Source: Thermoplasmatales archaeon SG8-52-3
GTDB taxonomy: Archaea; Thermoplasmatota; E2; DHVEG-1
NCBI GenBank assembly: GCA_001595915.1
Contig: LSSG01000019.1
Span: 5,408 to 69,407, forward strand
DNA length: 64,000 nt
Direction of reading: 5' to 3'
The position numbers and the translations under genes are program-made. The notes beneath the pieces were generated by a model. That model was not told where the DNA came from. It saw only the letters and a program-made list of their open reading frames with translations, and did not search any database. This document shows, piece after piece, positions 42,865 through 52,854 of the stretch (positions within the stretch are counted from its first letter, which is position 1; every line of letters begins with the position of its first letter).

Positions 42865-44187
42865 TTATATTCCAATAGGTATTACAAACATTGGATCGAA
42901 TTTCTCTTTGTCTAATTTAAGTATTGAACATATAGCCTCTTTATTTTTTATTGAAACGATGTTACCTGAAAGTCCCCTAGAAGTTGCTTGTAAAAGTACA
43001 TTATGGGCTGAAGCACCAGCCTCATAATACCAAATCCAACGAACACTTTCATCAGATAAATCATCCCAATCTATTGTTTTTTCTATTTCTAGAACAGGGA
43101 TTATAAATAAAGGAGCATTTGAAACAAATGAATCCGTAGCATCTGCAATCTCTGATCGTTTATCACCATTGGCAATTCTTAGTAAAAATGATACAATAGG
43201 TAGTCCAATGAAATCAATTTTAAATAAACCATAAATGTATCTAGAAATGCCAGATTTTGTTACTGAATATATTCGAAAAGGATAATAACCATGTGCACTT
43301 GGTAATGTGTGATGTCTTTTTACAACATTTGAATTGCTTTTATCGATATAAAATGAATATCCATATGATGCCCAAACCAAGTGACTGAGGTCCTTTCTTG
43401 AAATGCTATCACTGTTCCATGATGTTACCTCCTTTCTTTCTTCAAGAGCTGTTGTAAGGGCCATATCTGAAAATTTTATTCGAGGTAGAAGTGATATAAA
43501 AAGAGGTCTATTAACAAAATTATAGTCAATCACAGGATGACCAATAGGCATAACACCCATACCCTTCTCATTTACAGGTAATCCAACCGGTTCAATAGCA
43601 GGCTCCAATTGTGCAGTAATAACTGTACCTAAACCAATAGAATTAGCAGCAAAATATATATTCTGACCAACTGCTCCACATTCAGCACTCCCAAAATTGA
43701 TATCTGCTATATCACTATTCCAGCATAGACCTAATTGAACCGGAGCATGATATTGCCATCCTACAATATCTCTATAATCGCCTTCTTTATAAAATACTAA
43801 TGAATGGTTCTCTGGATTGTATTTGTATACATCTTCTAAAAGAACATAAATTAATACTGAATGACTACCATTTATCTTCGCGACAGTATAATTGCCATCT
43901 TCCCTTAAACCATAAGCTGCCCAAAGAACTGTTGATAATTCTTCATCAGTCACTGGTTCATCTGTGAAATTTCTCATTGACATTCTACGCATAATTGTTT
44001 CTTCTAAAACCATATCAATATGTTTTGGTTCTGGAAGTAAAAATTCCTGATTATTTGTTACATAATCATTTTTATTTGTATACTCTAAGAAATTATCTAT
44101 TCCTAATGTTGAGGAAATTGTATTGCCAAAAAAAATGGCAACAAAAATTATAATTATTGCATGTTTTACAAAATATTTTCTTTTCAT
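42865..44187 (-). CDS. Signal-anchored protein with two tandem SagB/nitroreductase-like domains
   Basis: ATG 44187 follows GGGGGA. It has an N-terminal hydrophobic segment. The two domains show RRMSMRNFTDEPVTDEELSTVLWAAYGL… and …DLSHLVWASYGYSFY…. Confidence 0.65.
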   Translation of the reverse strand: MKRKYFVKHAIIIIFVAIFFGNTISSTLGIDNFLEYTNKNDYVTNNQEFLLPEPKHIDMVLEETIMRRMSMRNFTDEPVTDEELSTVLWAAYGLREDGNYTVAKINGSHSVLIYVLLEDVYKYNPENHSLVFYKEGDYRDIVGWQYHAPVQLGLCWNSDIADINFGSAECGAVGQNIYFAANSIGLGTVITAQLEPAIEPVGLPVNEKGMGVMPIGHPVIDYNFVNRPLFISLLPRIKFSDMALTTALEERKEVTSWNSDSISRKDLSHLVWASYGYSFYIDKSNSNVVKRHHTLPSAHGYYPFRIYSVTKSGISRYIYGLFKIDFIGLPIVSFLLRIANGDKRSEIADATDSFVSNAPLFIIPVLEIEKTIDWDDLSDESVRWIWYYEAGASAHNVLLQATSRGLSGNIVSIKNKEAICSILKLDKEKFDPMFVIPIGI

Positions 44188-44286
44188 ATTTCTTCCCCCA
44201 ATAAACATTAATTATATGTAATAATATAAATTTTACTGTTACAAAATTAAAAAAATTGAGATAATATTATCGATATGATTATCTTT

Positions 44287-46125
44287 TTAAGTTTTTATAA
44301 TTGATATTAGCTCTTTAAAATGATTATAAAATCGTTCTAATAAATTAACAATTAAAAAATTATTTACTCTATATCTGGGAATTTTAACCTGAATTGTTAC
44401 CCAACTACTCTCTTCTTGGTATGGATCCCTTACTTTGACGCTAACTGAATAGGTTCCTTCTTCTTCCCAAGAATGATTTAAGATAAATTCCACTCCAGAT
44501 GAATATGGACCAATCCATTCTTCACAATTATCATCTCCCCATTTTATGTAAAATTCAAGATTATCATTATCTGGATCTGTTGCAGAAAATATATATTCAT
44601 AATTTATTCCAGGTACACCTTTTGTCGGACCATCAATAGATGGTTTATCTGGAGCTTCATTATATCTATCAAGAGAAATTTCTAAAATTTCTGAACTTGT
44701 CTCACTCACAGTTACTTGCTTAATTTGACTGTGGTAATTATCTAATGAAAATTCGATATCATAGGTACCAGGTGGTAAAAATAAATGATATCTACCGTAT
44801 CTAGGTTCACTGAAAAATTCTTCATCATTTGGAAATGTTATTCCTTGAAGATTAATTTTTGCAACAAGAGGTTCACCTGTAATAGAATCTATAACATGTC
44901 CGCTAACAGATATAGGTCTTTCAAGCATCCATATTGTACCTGGCCAAAGCTGTTCTGCCTCAGCAACTGCACTATTATATTCAGGTTGAAAAGTTATATG
45001 AGTCTCTATTAAATTTGCATAGGACCCATTTGAAGCTATCTGCCACTCATAGTTTTCACCTTCTGCACTTGGTACTCTTATGTATCCACCATAACCAACG
45101 ATATTTGACAAATCTGTTGCTTCAGATTGTATAAAACTTGAAAAAGGATGAGAGTGACAGCAATAACCATACAAAACTTCCTGTCCATGGGAATGATAGT
45201 CTAATACTTTAGTAAAATGTCGGTCATTAGAAAATTCAATCATGGTTTGAGTCTCAACTTCAGATGCAGAACTAGGGCCCTTGTACGTTTCAGATGTTGG
45301 GTCTGTACTTCCTGAACATTCTGAATCCCATCCAAAAGGATAGTTACGATTCAAATCAACACCTATACCGGGTGAATAGGGTTGTCTGTTTTTACGCCAC
45401 ATATTATCAAAGTAATATACATAATCATAACCATCAGGATTCCATACTGGTGAAATCCAAATCTCATATTCATCTACTAGAGCAGTTATATCTGGATCAC
45501 TACCATAATTTGCAGTAAATTGATCAATTGAATATAAGGCAATTACTGGAGTTACTATCTCACGAGCATGATGACAGCTAACCATTAAAAAATTAGGTTC
45601 ATCTTCATCTTCTTCAACATTATCCGAAATTTTTATTGCATAGATATGATTATCATCATAAGTAGCAGATAAACCATAGGTATCAGTCAGGTCATAAACT
45701 TTACAGATTGATGGAAAAAGACTCTCATACCCATACATTTCTTCAATAATCTGTGTATGATCAAGATAGCCTGGAGGAACCTCACCAATTATGTATTGGT
45801 TACGCTCAGATTGAATTTCAATAAAAGGTCTTCCATATGAAATTATTGTAAAATTATAACCTTTTGATTTTAATATATCTAATTCATCTGGTGTAACTAT
45901 TAACTCAAATGAATTCTCAGTTATTGTATTATAAAAAACATCAAAACCTTCAGAAATTAAATATTTAGCAACCTTAGGTGCATTATCTACCTTAATAATA
46001 ACTTGACTAGATGTTTGAATTTCTAAATAATTGTTAATTTGATTTAGCTTACCTAATGATAAAACTGAAAAACTTGTTAAAATAAAAATTAAAGTAATTG
46101 TTAAACTAAACCATTTTTTACTCAT
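44287..46125 (-). CDS. Exported M14 zinc carboxypeptidase with C-terminal carboxypeptidase-regulatory-like and PKD-like domains
   Basis: It has a signal peptide. SCHHAREIVTP (HxxE), VDLNRNYPFGW, LDYHSHGQ. Then SGHVIDSITGEPLVAKINLQG and YIFSATDPDNDNLEFYIKWGDD. Confidence 0.8.
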   Translation of the reverse strand: MSKKWFSLTITLIFILTSFSVLSLGKLNQINNYLEIQTSSQVIIKVDNAPKVAKYLISEGFDVFYNTITENSFELIVTPDELDILKSKGYNFTIISYGRPFIEIQSERNQYIIGEVPPGYLDHTQIIEEMYGYESLFPSICKVYDLTDTYGLSATYDDNHIYAIKISDNVEEDEDEPNFLMVSCHHAREIVTPVIALYSIDQFTANYGSDPDITALVDEYEIWISPVWNPDGYDYVYYFDNMWRKNRQPYSPGIGVDLNRNYPFGWDSECSGSTDPTSETYKGPSSASEVETQTMIEFSNDRHFTKVLDYHSHGQEVLYGYCCHSHPFSSFIQSEATDLSNIVGYGGYIRVPSAEGENYEWQIASNGSYANLIETHITFQPEYNSAVAEAEQLWPGTIWMLERPISVSGHVIDSITGEPLVAKINLQGITFPNDEEFFSEPRYGRYHLFLPPGTYDIEFSLDNYHSQIKQVTVSETSSEILEISLDRYNEAPDKPSIDGPTKGVPGINYEYIFSATDPDNDNLEFYIKWGDDNCEEWIGPYSSGVEFILNHSWEEEGTYSVSVKVRDPYQEESSWVTIQVKIPRYRVNNFLIVNLLERFYNHFKELISIIKT

Positions 46126-46259
46126 AATTTACCCCTGTATTAAGATTATATACAGTTATACCTATTTAAAATTAACACGCCTTAATTTTTTTTAAAATTA
46201 AATTAGTATAAACTACAAATACCAGAACTATATTCTGAATCTATAATCCTGGGGATTTA

Positions 46260-48089
46260 ATGTTAAAAGGAAAACTTGGTATCATTGATTTATCAAAGAA
46301 TAAAATTACTATAAAACAAACTTCAGAGTCTTTAAAAAAGATACTTTATGGAGGAAGAGGTCTTAACAGCTATTATCTTTATAAAATGATAAAACCTAGT
46401 ATTGATCCATTTTCACCAGAAAACGTTTTAATTTTTGGTACAGGTTTTCTTACAGGGACTCTTGTCCCAAATTCTAGTCGTTTTAATGTCTCAGCAAAAT
46501 CACCAGAAACTGGTATTTTAGGAGACTCTAACTGTGGAGGTTACTTTGCAGCAGAAATGAAATATGCAGGTTTTGATAGATTTATTATTATTGGAAAATC
46601 TAAGAAACCATGCTATCTTTATATAACAGATAATAAAATAGAAATAAAGGATGCAAGAGATTATTGGGGGATGGATACAACAGATGTTCAACAGACTCTT
46701 AGAAGAGATTTAGGACATGTTGAAGTAGCATGTTGTGGTGTTGCTGGTGAAAATCTTGTAAGATTTGCATGTGTGAGAACAGGTGTAAAAAATGCAGCTG
46801 GTAGATGTGGCCTTGGTGCAGTTATGGGTTCAAAACAATTGAAGGCTATTGCAGTAAAAGGAACTCAGGGTATACAAATAGAACATCCTGAAGAAATGCT
46901 TGAAACTGTCGAACAACTAAAAGAATATATTATGAATTCAAAAATAACATCAATTCTTGGTACTGTCGGAACACCCCTACTTTATGAGGTATCTAATACA
47001 CTTGGCGCCATTCGTACAAAAAATAGTCAGTTAAACGCTTGGTCAGAATCATTAAATGCAGAGGAAATAGAGAAACATGTTGAAAAAATGATTAGTTGTT
47101 CCTCATGTATTGTACATTGTCGTCATAGAAACAAGCTAGGTGGTGAAGGACCAGAATATACTGCAGTTGGTTTACTTGGCGCAAACATTGGTATTGATGA
47201 TCCCTGTAAAGTAATAGAATTAAATAATATATGTAATGAATTAGGTTTAGATATTTCATCAAGTGGAACTATTCTTGCCTGGGCATTAGAACTTTATGAA
47301 CGAGGCATCATTGATAAGAAAATAACAGAGGAAGAATTATGTTTTGGGAATTTTGAACTTGCTAAAAAATTATTATATAAAATTTCCCGGCGCAAAGGAT
47401 TTGGTAATATTCTAGCTGAAAGTACAAAAAATATTGCAAGATTTGGTGAAGAATCTAAAGACTATCTTATTGCTATTAAGAATTTACCTCAAAGCGATCC
47501 TCATGATTGTAGATATATCAAGGCATTTGCTCTTGGTATTGCCACTTCTTCCAGAGGAGCAGATCATCTTAGAAGTAGACCAACTTTGGAAATATTTTTA
47601 AAACTACCTCAGGAAGTTAAAGAAAAAATATATGGTAAAGGAATTCCAAATGATCCAACATCGTATATTGCTAAAGAAAAAACAATATATTTTTCAGATA
47701 ATATTTTTGCTATGATTGATTGTCTTGGAATATGTAAATTTATATGTCATGGTTTCAATAGTCCCCATTTCGTTGATTATACATGGATGAAGAAACTCAT
47801 TCACAGTGCGTCTGGTTGGACAGTTAATGAAAATGATTTAGAAATGGTTGGAAAAAGGGTAATAGATATTGAAAGGATGTTTAATAATCGTGAAGGTATA
47901 TCAAAAAAAGACGATACCTTACCTAAAAGATATTTTGATGATCCAATGCCTTTAAATTTATCAAAAGGTCATCACATTGATAGAAAGGAGTTTGATAAAC
48001 TCCTTACAAATTATTATAAAATTAGAGGATGGACTAACGATGGTAAAGTAAAAAAAGAACGTATAAATGAATTGGAGGCTTTAGCTTGA
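46260..48089 (+). CDS. aor: Tungsten-type aldehyde:ferredoxin oxidoreductase (AOR family)
   Basis: GGRGLNSYYLY…FGTGFLTGT…SRFNVSAKSPETG…DSNCGGYFA…CSSCIVHCRH…GICKF. Confidence 0.9.
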   Translation: MLKGKLGIIDLSKNKITIKQTSESLKKILYGGRGLNSYYLYKMIKPSIDPFSPENVLIFGTGFLTGTLVPNSSRFNVSAKSPETGILGDSNCGGYFAAEMKYAGFDRFIIIGKSKKPCYLYITDNKIEIKDARDYWGMDTTDVQQTLRRDLGHVEVACCGVAGENLVRFACVRTGVKNAAGRCGLGAVMGSKQLKAIAVKGTQGIQIEHPEEMLETVEQLKEYIMNSKITSILGTVGTPLLYEVSNTLGAIRTKNSQLNAWSESLNAEEIEKHVEKMISCSSCIVHCRHRNKLGGEGPEYTAVGLLGANIGIDDPCKVIELNNICNELGLDISSSGTILAWALELYERGIIDKKITEEELCFGNFELAKKLLYKISRRKGFGNILAESTKNIARFGEESKDYLIAIKNLPQSDPHDCRYIKAFALGIATSSRGADHLRSRPTLEIFLKLPQEVKEKIYGKGIPNDPTSYIAKEKTIYFSDNIFAMIDCLGICKFICHGFNSPHFVDYTWMKKLIHSASGWTVNENDLEMVGKRVIDIERMFNNREGISKKDDTLPKRYFDDPMPLNLSKGHHIDRKEFDKLLTNYYKIRGWTNDGKVKKERINELEALA

Positions 48090-48544
48090 AATATCTTTAT
48101 GTATATCCTGAGAAATGCACTGGGTGTAGAGAATGCTCTATTGCATGTTCACTTAGCAAATTTGGAGAATGTAACCCTAAGAAAGCAGCTATTACTATTG
48201 TAAGAGATGAATTCAATAGATATGAGTTTCCAATAATTTGCTTTCAATGCGAAGATCCAGTATGCTTAAAGTTCTGCCATCAGAATGCATATCAAATAAA
48301 AAATGGAATAGTTATTAGAGATAAAGATAAGTGTATCGGATGCAGACTTTGTGCAACATTATGTCCTTATAATTCTATTACTTCTATTGATGATGAGATT
48401 ATAAAATGTGATCTATGTGAGGGAGACCCTAAATGTGTAAAATATTGTTCTACAGGTGCAATTCAATACCTTGATGAAACAGAAGAGCTTGAAAAAAGAC
48501 GTAAAAAAATGACAGAGAAATTTTTAGAGATTAATAAAAAATAG
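48086..48544 (+). CDS. 4Fe-4S polyferredoxin-type electron-transfer subunit (AOR-associated)
   Basis: There is a 4-nt overlap with aor. CTGCRECSIAC…CFQCEDPVCLKFC…CIGCRLCATLCPY…CDLCEGDPKCVKYC. Confidence 0.85.
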   Translation: MKYLYVYPEKCTGCRECSIACSLSKFGECNPKKAAITIVRDEFNRYEFPIICFQCEDPVCLKFCHQNAYQIKNGIVIRDKDKCIGCRLCATLCPYNSITSIDDEIIKCDLCEGDPKCVKYCSTGAIQYLDETEELEKRRKKMTEKFLEINKK

Positions 48545-48654
48545 ATAAGAACTTTTTTTATTTTCAATTTTTTAAAATTGGAGTATGTTTGTACTATAAA
48601 GTTTATATACTAAATTTTTAGAAGATTATATATAGAATATAAAAAAAGATTAAA

Positions 48655-49032
48655 ATGAAAAAAAAATTGATATCATCGGGAATTGTTTTATTATTCATAA
48701 TTACAATATTTACTAGTACAATTAGTGCTGGTTTTATTAAAAATGAAAATCTATTGTCATCTCTTTCAAATCCTAAAATTAGTGGAATAGTACTTAGATC
48801 ATATGTTATTGGAAATGCTACAAATGGTAAACAAATAGGTCGAATTGCATTAATAGAATTTTCAAAGGTTGAATTTAAAACTATTCGCCTTTTACCTCCT
48901 GGATTTGGATATGTAAGTTATGAAAATGTAACTGTATTAATTTTTGGATTAAAATCTCAGATTTCACAAGGTCCATTTGATTTAGATACAAAAGCTGAAA
49001 ATAATAAAGTGTCATCTATTATTTTTAATTAA
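48655..49032 (+). CDS. Hypothetical small exported protein
   Basis: It has an N-terminal signal-like segment (KKKLISSGIVLLFIITIFTSTISA). No motif was recognised. Confidence 0.45.
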   Translation: MKKKLISSGIVLLFIITIFTSTISAGFIKNENLLSSLSNPKISGIVLRSYVIGNATNGKQIGRIALIEFSKVEFKTIRLLPPGFGYVSYENVTVLIFGLKSQISQGPFDLDTKAENNKVSSIIFN

Positions 49033-49056
49033 ATAATTATTTTTTGGTCAATAATT

Positions 49057-50298
49057 TTAAATATTCATTTTGGAAGAAATTACCTCTGGATTAATAAAAA
49101 AATTATCATCTAATAATCTATTAAGAATGTTACTTACATCACTTCCTTTTTTCATTAAACTGTAAAAAGTTCCAGTATTTCTGATGGTGCCAATAAACTG
49201 AAGACCAACGATTTTATTGTTTTTTAATAAAATCTTTTTAGAGGTTTGTGGGGTAAATCTAGAAATGGTTTTACATTTTCCAATTTCTTTTGACGTTTGA
49301 CCCATTGCAACAATTGGTGTGTTGAAAACATCTAAAACATTTACTACCTCTGCACCAGTATATTCAATATTTTCTCCAGTAATATTTAAACCTGCAATTC
49401 TTCCTTGCTCAATAGCATTTGGCCATATAGCAAATGATCCTTTTCTTCCTTCAATTTGTTCCCAGACCTCAGTTATGTCTCCAGCAGCAAAAATATCTTT
49501 TTTATTTGTTTTCATTTTTGAATTTACTATAATTCCTTTATTTACCTTAATTTCAGAGTCTTTTACTATATCAGTATTTGGAGAAACACCTATTGCAAGT
49601 ACCACCATATCACATGATATTTTCTTATTATCAATTGAAACACTTTCAACAATTTTTTTTCCATTTACACTTTTTACTGTATTGTTTAAAATTAGTTTTA
49701 TTCCATTATTTTTTAGAATATCACTAACTTTTTTTGAAATATCTGAGTCGATCATTCTTGATAATATATACGGAAGCATTTCTACAATTGTTACTTTTAT
49801 TCCTCTTAATTTCAGCATCGTAGCGGTTTCTATACCCATGAAACCTCCACCAATCACTACAGCATGTTTTACACCTTTTTTTATATGATTAATTATTCCT
49901 ATTGCTGAATCAAGTGTACCCATAATATGCACACCCTCAAGGTTTATTCCTTTCATTTCTTTTAGAGTAATAGGTTTGGCACCTGCTGCAATTAACAACT
50001 TGTCAAAATTTATGCTATTTCCTTTTGAATCTATAATTTTTTTATTATCTGGAAGAATCTGAATTATTTCAGTATTTTTTACAAATTTTACATTATAACT
50101 TTTATAAAAATTTTTGTCAAATCGAAGAATTGTTGATTTATCAATTTCTCCTCCAATTAAGTTTGGTAAAGAACATGGAGAATAAGCAGGATATTTCTCT
50201 TTTGATATGATTGTTATATCTGATTTTTTATCAATTGAGCGAATGGCTTGAATGGCACTGATTCCAGCCCCACCATTTCCAATTATTACAAAGTGCAA
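49057..50298 (-). CDS. FAD-dependent pyridine-nucleotide-disulfide-family oxidoreductase
   Basis: FVIIGNGGAGISA…YSPCSLP…VVIGGGFMGIETA…FAAGD. Confidence 0.8.
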   Translation of the reverse strand: MHFVIIGNGGAGISAIQAIRSIDKKSDITIISKEKYPAYSPCSLPNLIGGEIDKSTILRFDKNFYKSYNVKFVKNTEIIQILPDNKKIIDSKGNSINFDKLLIAAGAKPITLKEMKGINLEGVHIMGTLDSAIGIINHIKKGVKHAVVIGGGFMGIETATMLKLRGIKVTIVEMLPYILSRMIDSDISKKVSDILKNNGIKLILNNTVKSVNGKKIVESVSIDNKKISCDMVVLAIGVSPNTDIVKDSEIKVNKGIIVNSKMKTNKKDIFAAGDITEVWEQIEGRKGSFAIWPNAIEQGRIAGLNITGENIEYTGAEVVNVLDVFNTPIVAMGQTSKEIGKCKTISRFTPQTSKKILLKNNKIVGLQFIGTIRNTGTFYSLMKKGSDVSNILNRLLDDNFFINPEVISSKMNI

Positions 50299-50319
50299 TA
50301 GAATCCCTTCTAAAAATCC

Positions 50320-51267
50320 TTAGGCACCTATATACTCTGGAAGTTCGGATCCTCTAATTAGAGCAACTATAGTTGAATTAATTGGTGTAGGAATGCCCTT
50401 TTTCTTCCCATAATTTACTATCTTACCATTAATAAAACCTATCTCTGTTGGATTCTTCTTTTCGATATCTACATGCATTGAGGTTCTATGATGACCTGCT
50501 TTATCAAGATAATTCATACAAAATTCTAAAAAATTATCATTAAAATGGTAACCATTTGCAGCAGCAACTTCTATTGCCTCACGTAATATTGCTTCAGATA
50601 GATTCCTAGTTTCTTTATAGTTCATCATCTGTTTCATGGTTCTTCTTGTTAATGCACAAACAGGACTTAGAGCTGCATTTAGTATAATTTTTTCCCATTC
50701 ATATTTTTTAATTTCTTTTGTAAAATCAGTTTCCAAATCTGATTTAGTAATTATAACTGCGAGTTCCTTTGCTTTCTTTTCAGCTGAAGAATCTATCATT
50801 CCGATATAATTTGGGGCATTAAAAAATGACATTCTGATTTTTCCATTATCTATAAGATTTCCAGCATAATTTACTACAATTCTAAGGGTATTTTCTTTTC
50901 CAAATTCATCAGCAATCAAATCTTCATTATCAAGTCCATTCTGTAAACTAATATAAGTTATTCCAGATTTTGTTACCTGTTTTAATAAAGAAAGGATTTG
51001 AGGAAGTACCGATGCTTTTACTGATATAAATAAAAAATTTATATCTTTATCAACCAACTCATCAATACCATAACAAATATTTTCTTCAGGAAATTTAACG
51101 TTTATATCTTTAAAACCTGTTATTGAAAGTCCATTTTTCTTAATTTCGTCCATATGTGCTTTTAGAATATCTATAAGTGTAACATCATGCCCAGCCTTTG
51201 CAAGGTGGGCAGCCATTATTGCACCAACAGGACCTGTACCTAAAATTCCAAATCTATATTTATCCAT
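50320..51267 (-). CDS. Ketopantoate-reductase (PanE/ApbA) family 2-oxo/hydroxy-acid reductase
   Basis: FGILGTGPVGAIMAAHLAKAGHDVTLI…SLQNGL…TSMHVDIEKKNPTEI. Confidence 0.75.
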   Translation of the reverse strand: MDKYRFGILGTGPVGAIMAAHLAKAGHDVTLIDILKAHMDEIKKNGLSITGFKDINVKFPEENICYGIDELVDKDINFLFISVKASVLPQILSLLKQVTKSGITYISLQNGLDNEDLIADEFGKENTLRIVVNYAGNLIDNGKIRMSFFNAPNYIGMIDSSAEKKAKELAVIITKSDLETDFTKEIKKYEWEKIILNAALSPVCALTRRTMKQMMNYKETRNLSEAILREAIEVAAANGYHFNDNFLEFCMNYLDKAGHHRTSMHVDIEKKNPTEIGFINGKIVNYGKKKGIPTPINSTIVALIRGSELPEYIGA

Positions 51268-52825
51268 CTTTTCTTCCCCCTGAATTATATCTTTCCCTTA
51301 AAATGCGATGTAAAATCTTTCCAGTGGGTGTTCGTGGCATCTCACTATCTTTTATGAAAATTACTTTTTTTGGTCTTTTATATCCACTTATTTTATTACG
51401 ACAAAAATCCAATATTTTTTCTTCAGAAATCTTGGTATTTTCTTTAGGTACAATTACTGCAGTAACTTGTTCACCCCACTTATCATGAGGTAGACCAATA
51501 ACAGCAACATCAAATACGTCTGGATGTGTGACTATAATCTCTTGAACTTCAGTTGGATATACATGTTCACCACCAGTGATTATCATGTTATCTTTTCTAT
51601 CAACTATGTAATAGAATCCATCATTATCACGCATTGCCATATCACCAGCAGAAAACCATTCACCTAAAAAGGAGCTTTTTGTTTTCTCGGGCATTTTATA
51701 GTATTCATCAAACATCATAGGGCCACGTGAATATAATTCCCCTATCTCATTAACACCAACTTCATTTCCATTTTCATCAAGTAATTTAACACAATCTGTT
51801 CCAACTGCTTCGTATCCAATGGAGCCAAGCTTTCTCATCTGGTCTTCAGGTTTAAGAAGAGTTACTAAACCTGCTTCAGTGGAACCATAAGCTTCATATA
51901 ACTCGACGCCAGGAAAAAATTTCATAATTTCTTTTTTCATAGATTTTGTTACAGGGGCTGATGAACAGAGCAATTTTCTAATTGAGGCTACATTACGTTT
52001 TTTTGCATTTTCTGGTGCATTTAATATTAAATTATAATGCGTTGGAATTAAAGATATATACGTAATTTTTTCCTTTTCAATGATTTCTAATATTTCTTCT
52101 GGTCTAAAATGTCGTGCAGGATGAATATATGCAGTTCCACCAATATATAAAAATAAAAATGTATAGAAAGTTGAATTTACATGATAAAGAGGCATAACAT
52201 TGAGACAGACGTCATGCTCATTAAATCCAAAATCAACTGAATTGATTAAAAAGAAGGCAATATATGATTCATGAGACCGGACAACACCTTTTGGTATGCC
52301 CGTTGTGCCAGATGTATACAGTATTATCCAAGTATCCTTACAATTAATATCTGCTTCAGGTTCTTCGTCTATAGAATCTTTTATAAAATCTTCATATTCC
52401 AAGTATCCTTTTATCTTATTTCCGACAACTATATATCTATCAGATCTTACATTTATCAAATCATCTTTTATTGAATTGACTAAAGAAACGAACTCTTCAT
52501 GAACAATAAATGCTTTAGCATCAGAGTTCTCCATTAAATTTACTATTTCTCTACCTACAAAACGAAAATGAACAGGTACAATTATTAGACCAGTTTTTGC
52601 TGCTGCAAGATATGCCTCAACAATCTCTATACTATTTTCTAAAAGGACTGCAAATTTATCGCCTTTCTTGAGTCCTAGAGAAAGAAGGCTATGAGATAGT
52701 TTATTTACTCTCTTATTTAACTCAGTATAAGTAAGACTTCTATCTTTTTCTTTCAAAGCAATTGTTTTTGGGAATTTCTTTGAATTCATCTTTATCATTT
52801 GACCAAGATTTAACCAGCAGGTCAT
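51260..52825 (-). CDS. AMP-forming acyl-CoA synthetase
   Basis: [16 protein letters not shown]…YGSTE…[35 protein letters not shown]…[11 protein letters not shown]. GGAGG lies upstream. The 3' end overlaps the next gene by 8 nt. Confidence 0.85.
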   Translation of the reverse strand: [521 protein letters not shown]

Positions 52826-52854
52826 AGTAGCTTTCCTCCATTCTATTTTAATGA

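Noticed and set aside
49319-49888. A 189-aa plus-strand ORF inside the FAD oxidoreductase gene
   Set aside because: It is antisense to a protein with clear GxGxxG dinucleotide-binding motifs. The translation is Phe/Ser/Ile/Thr-rich with no domain signature.
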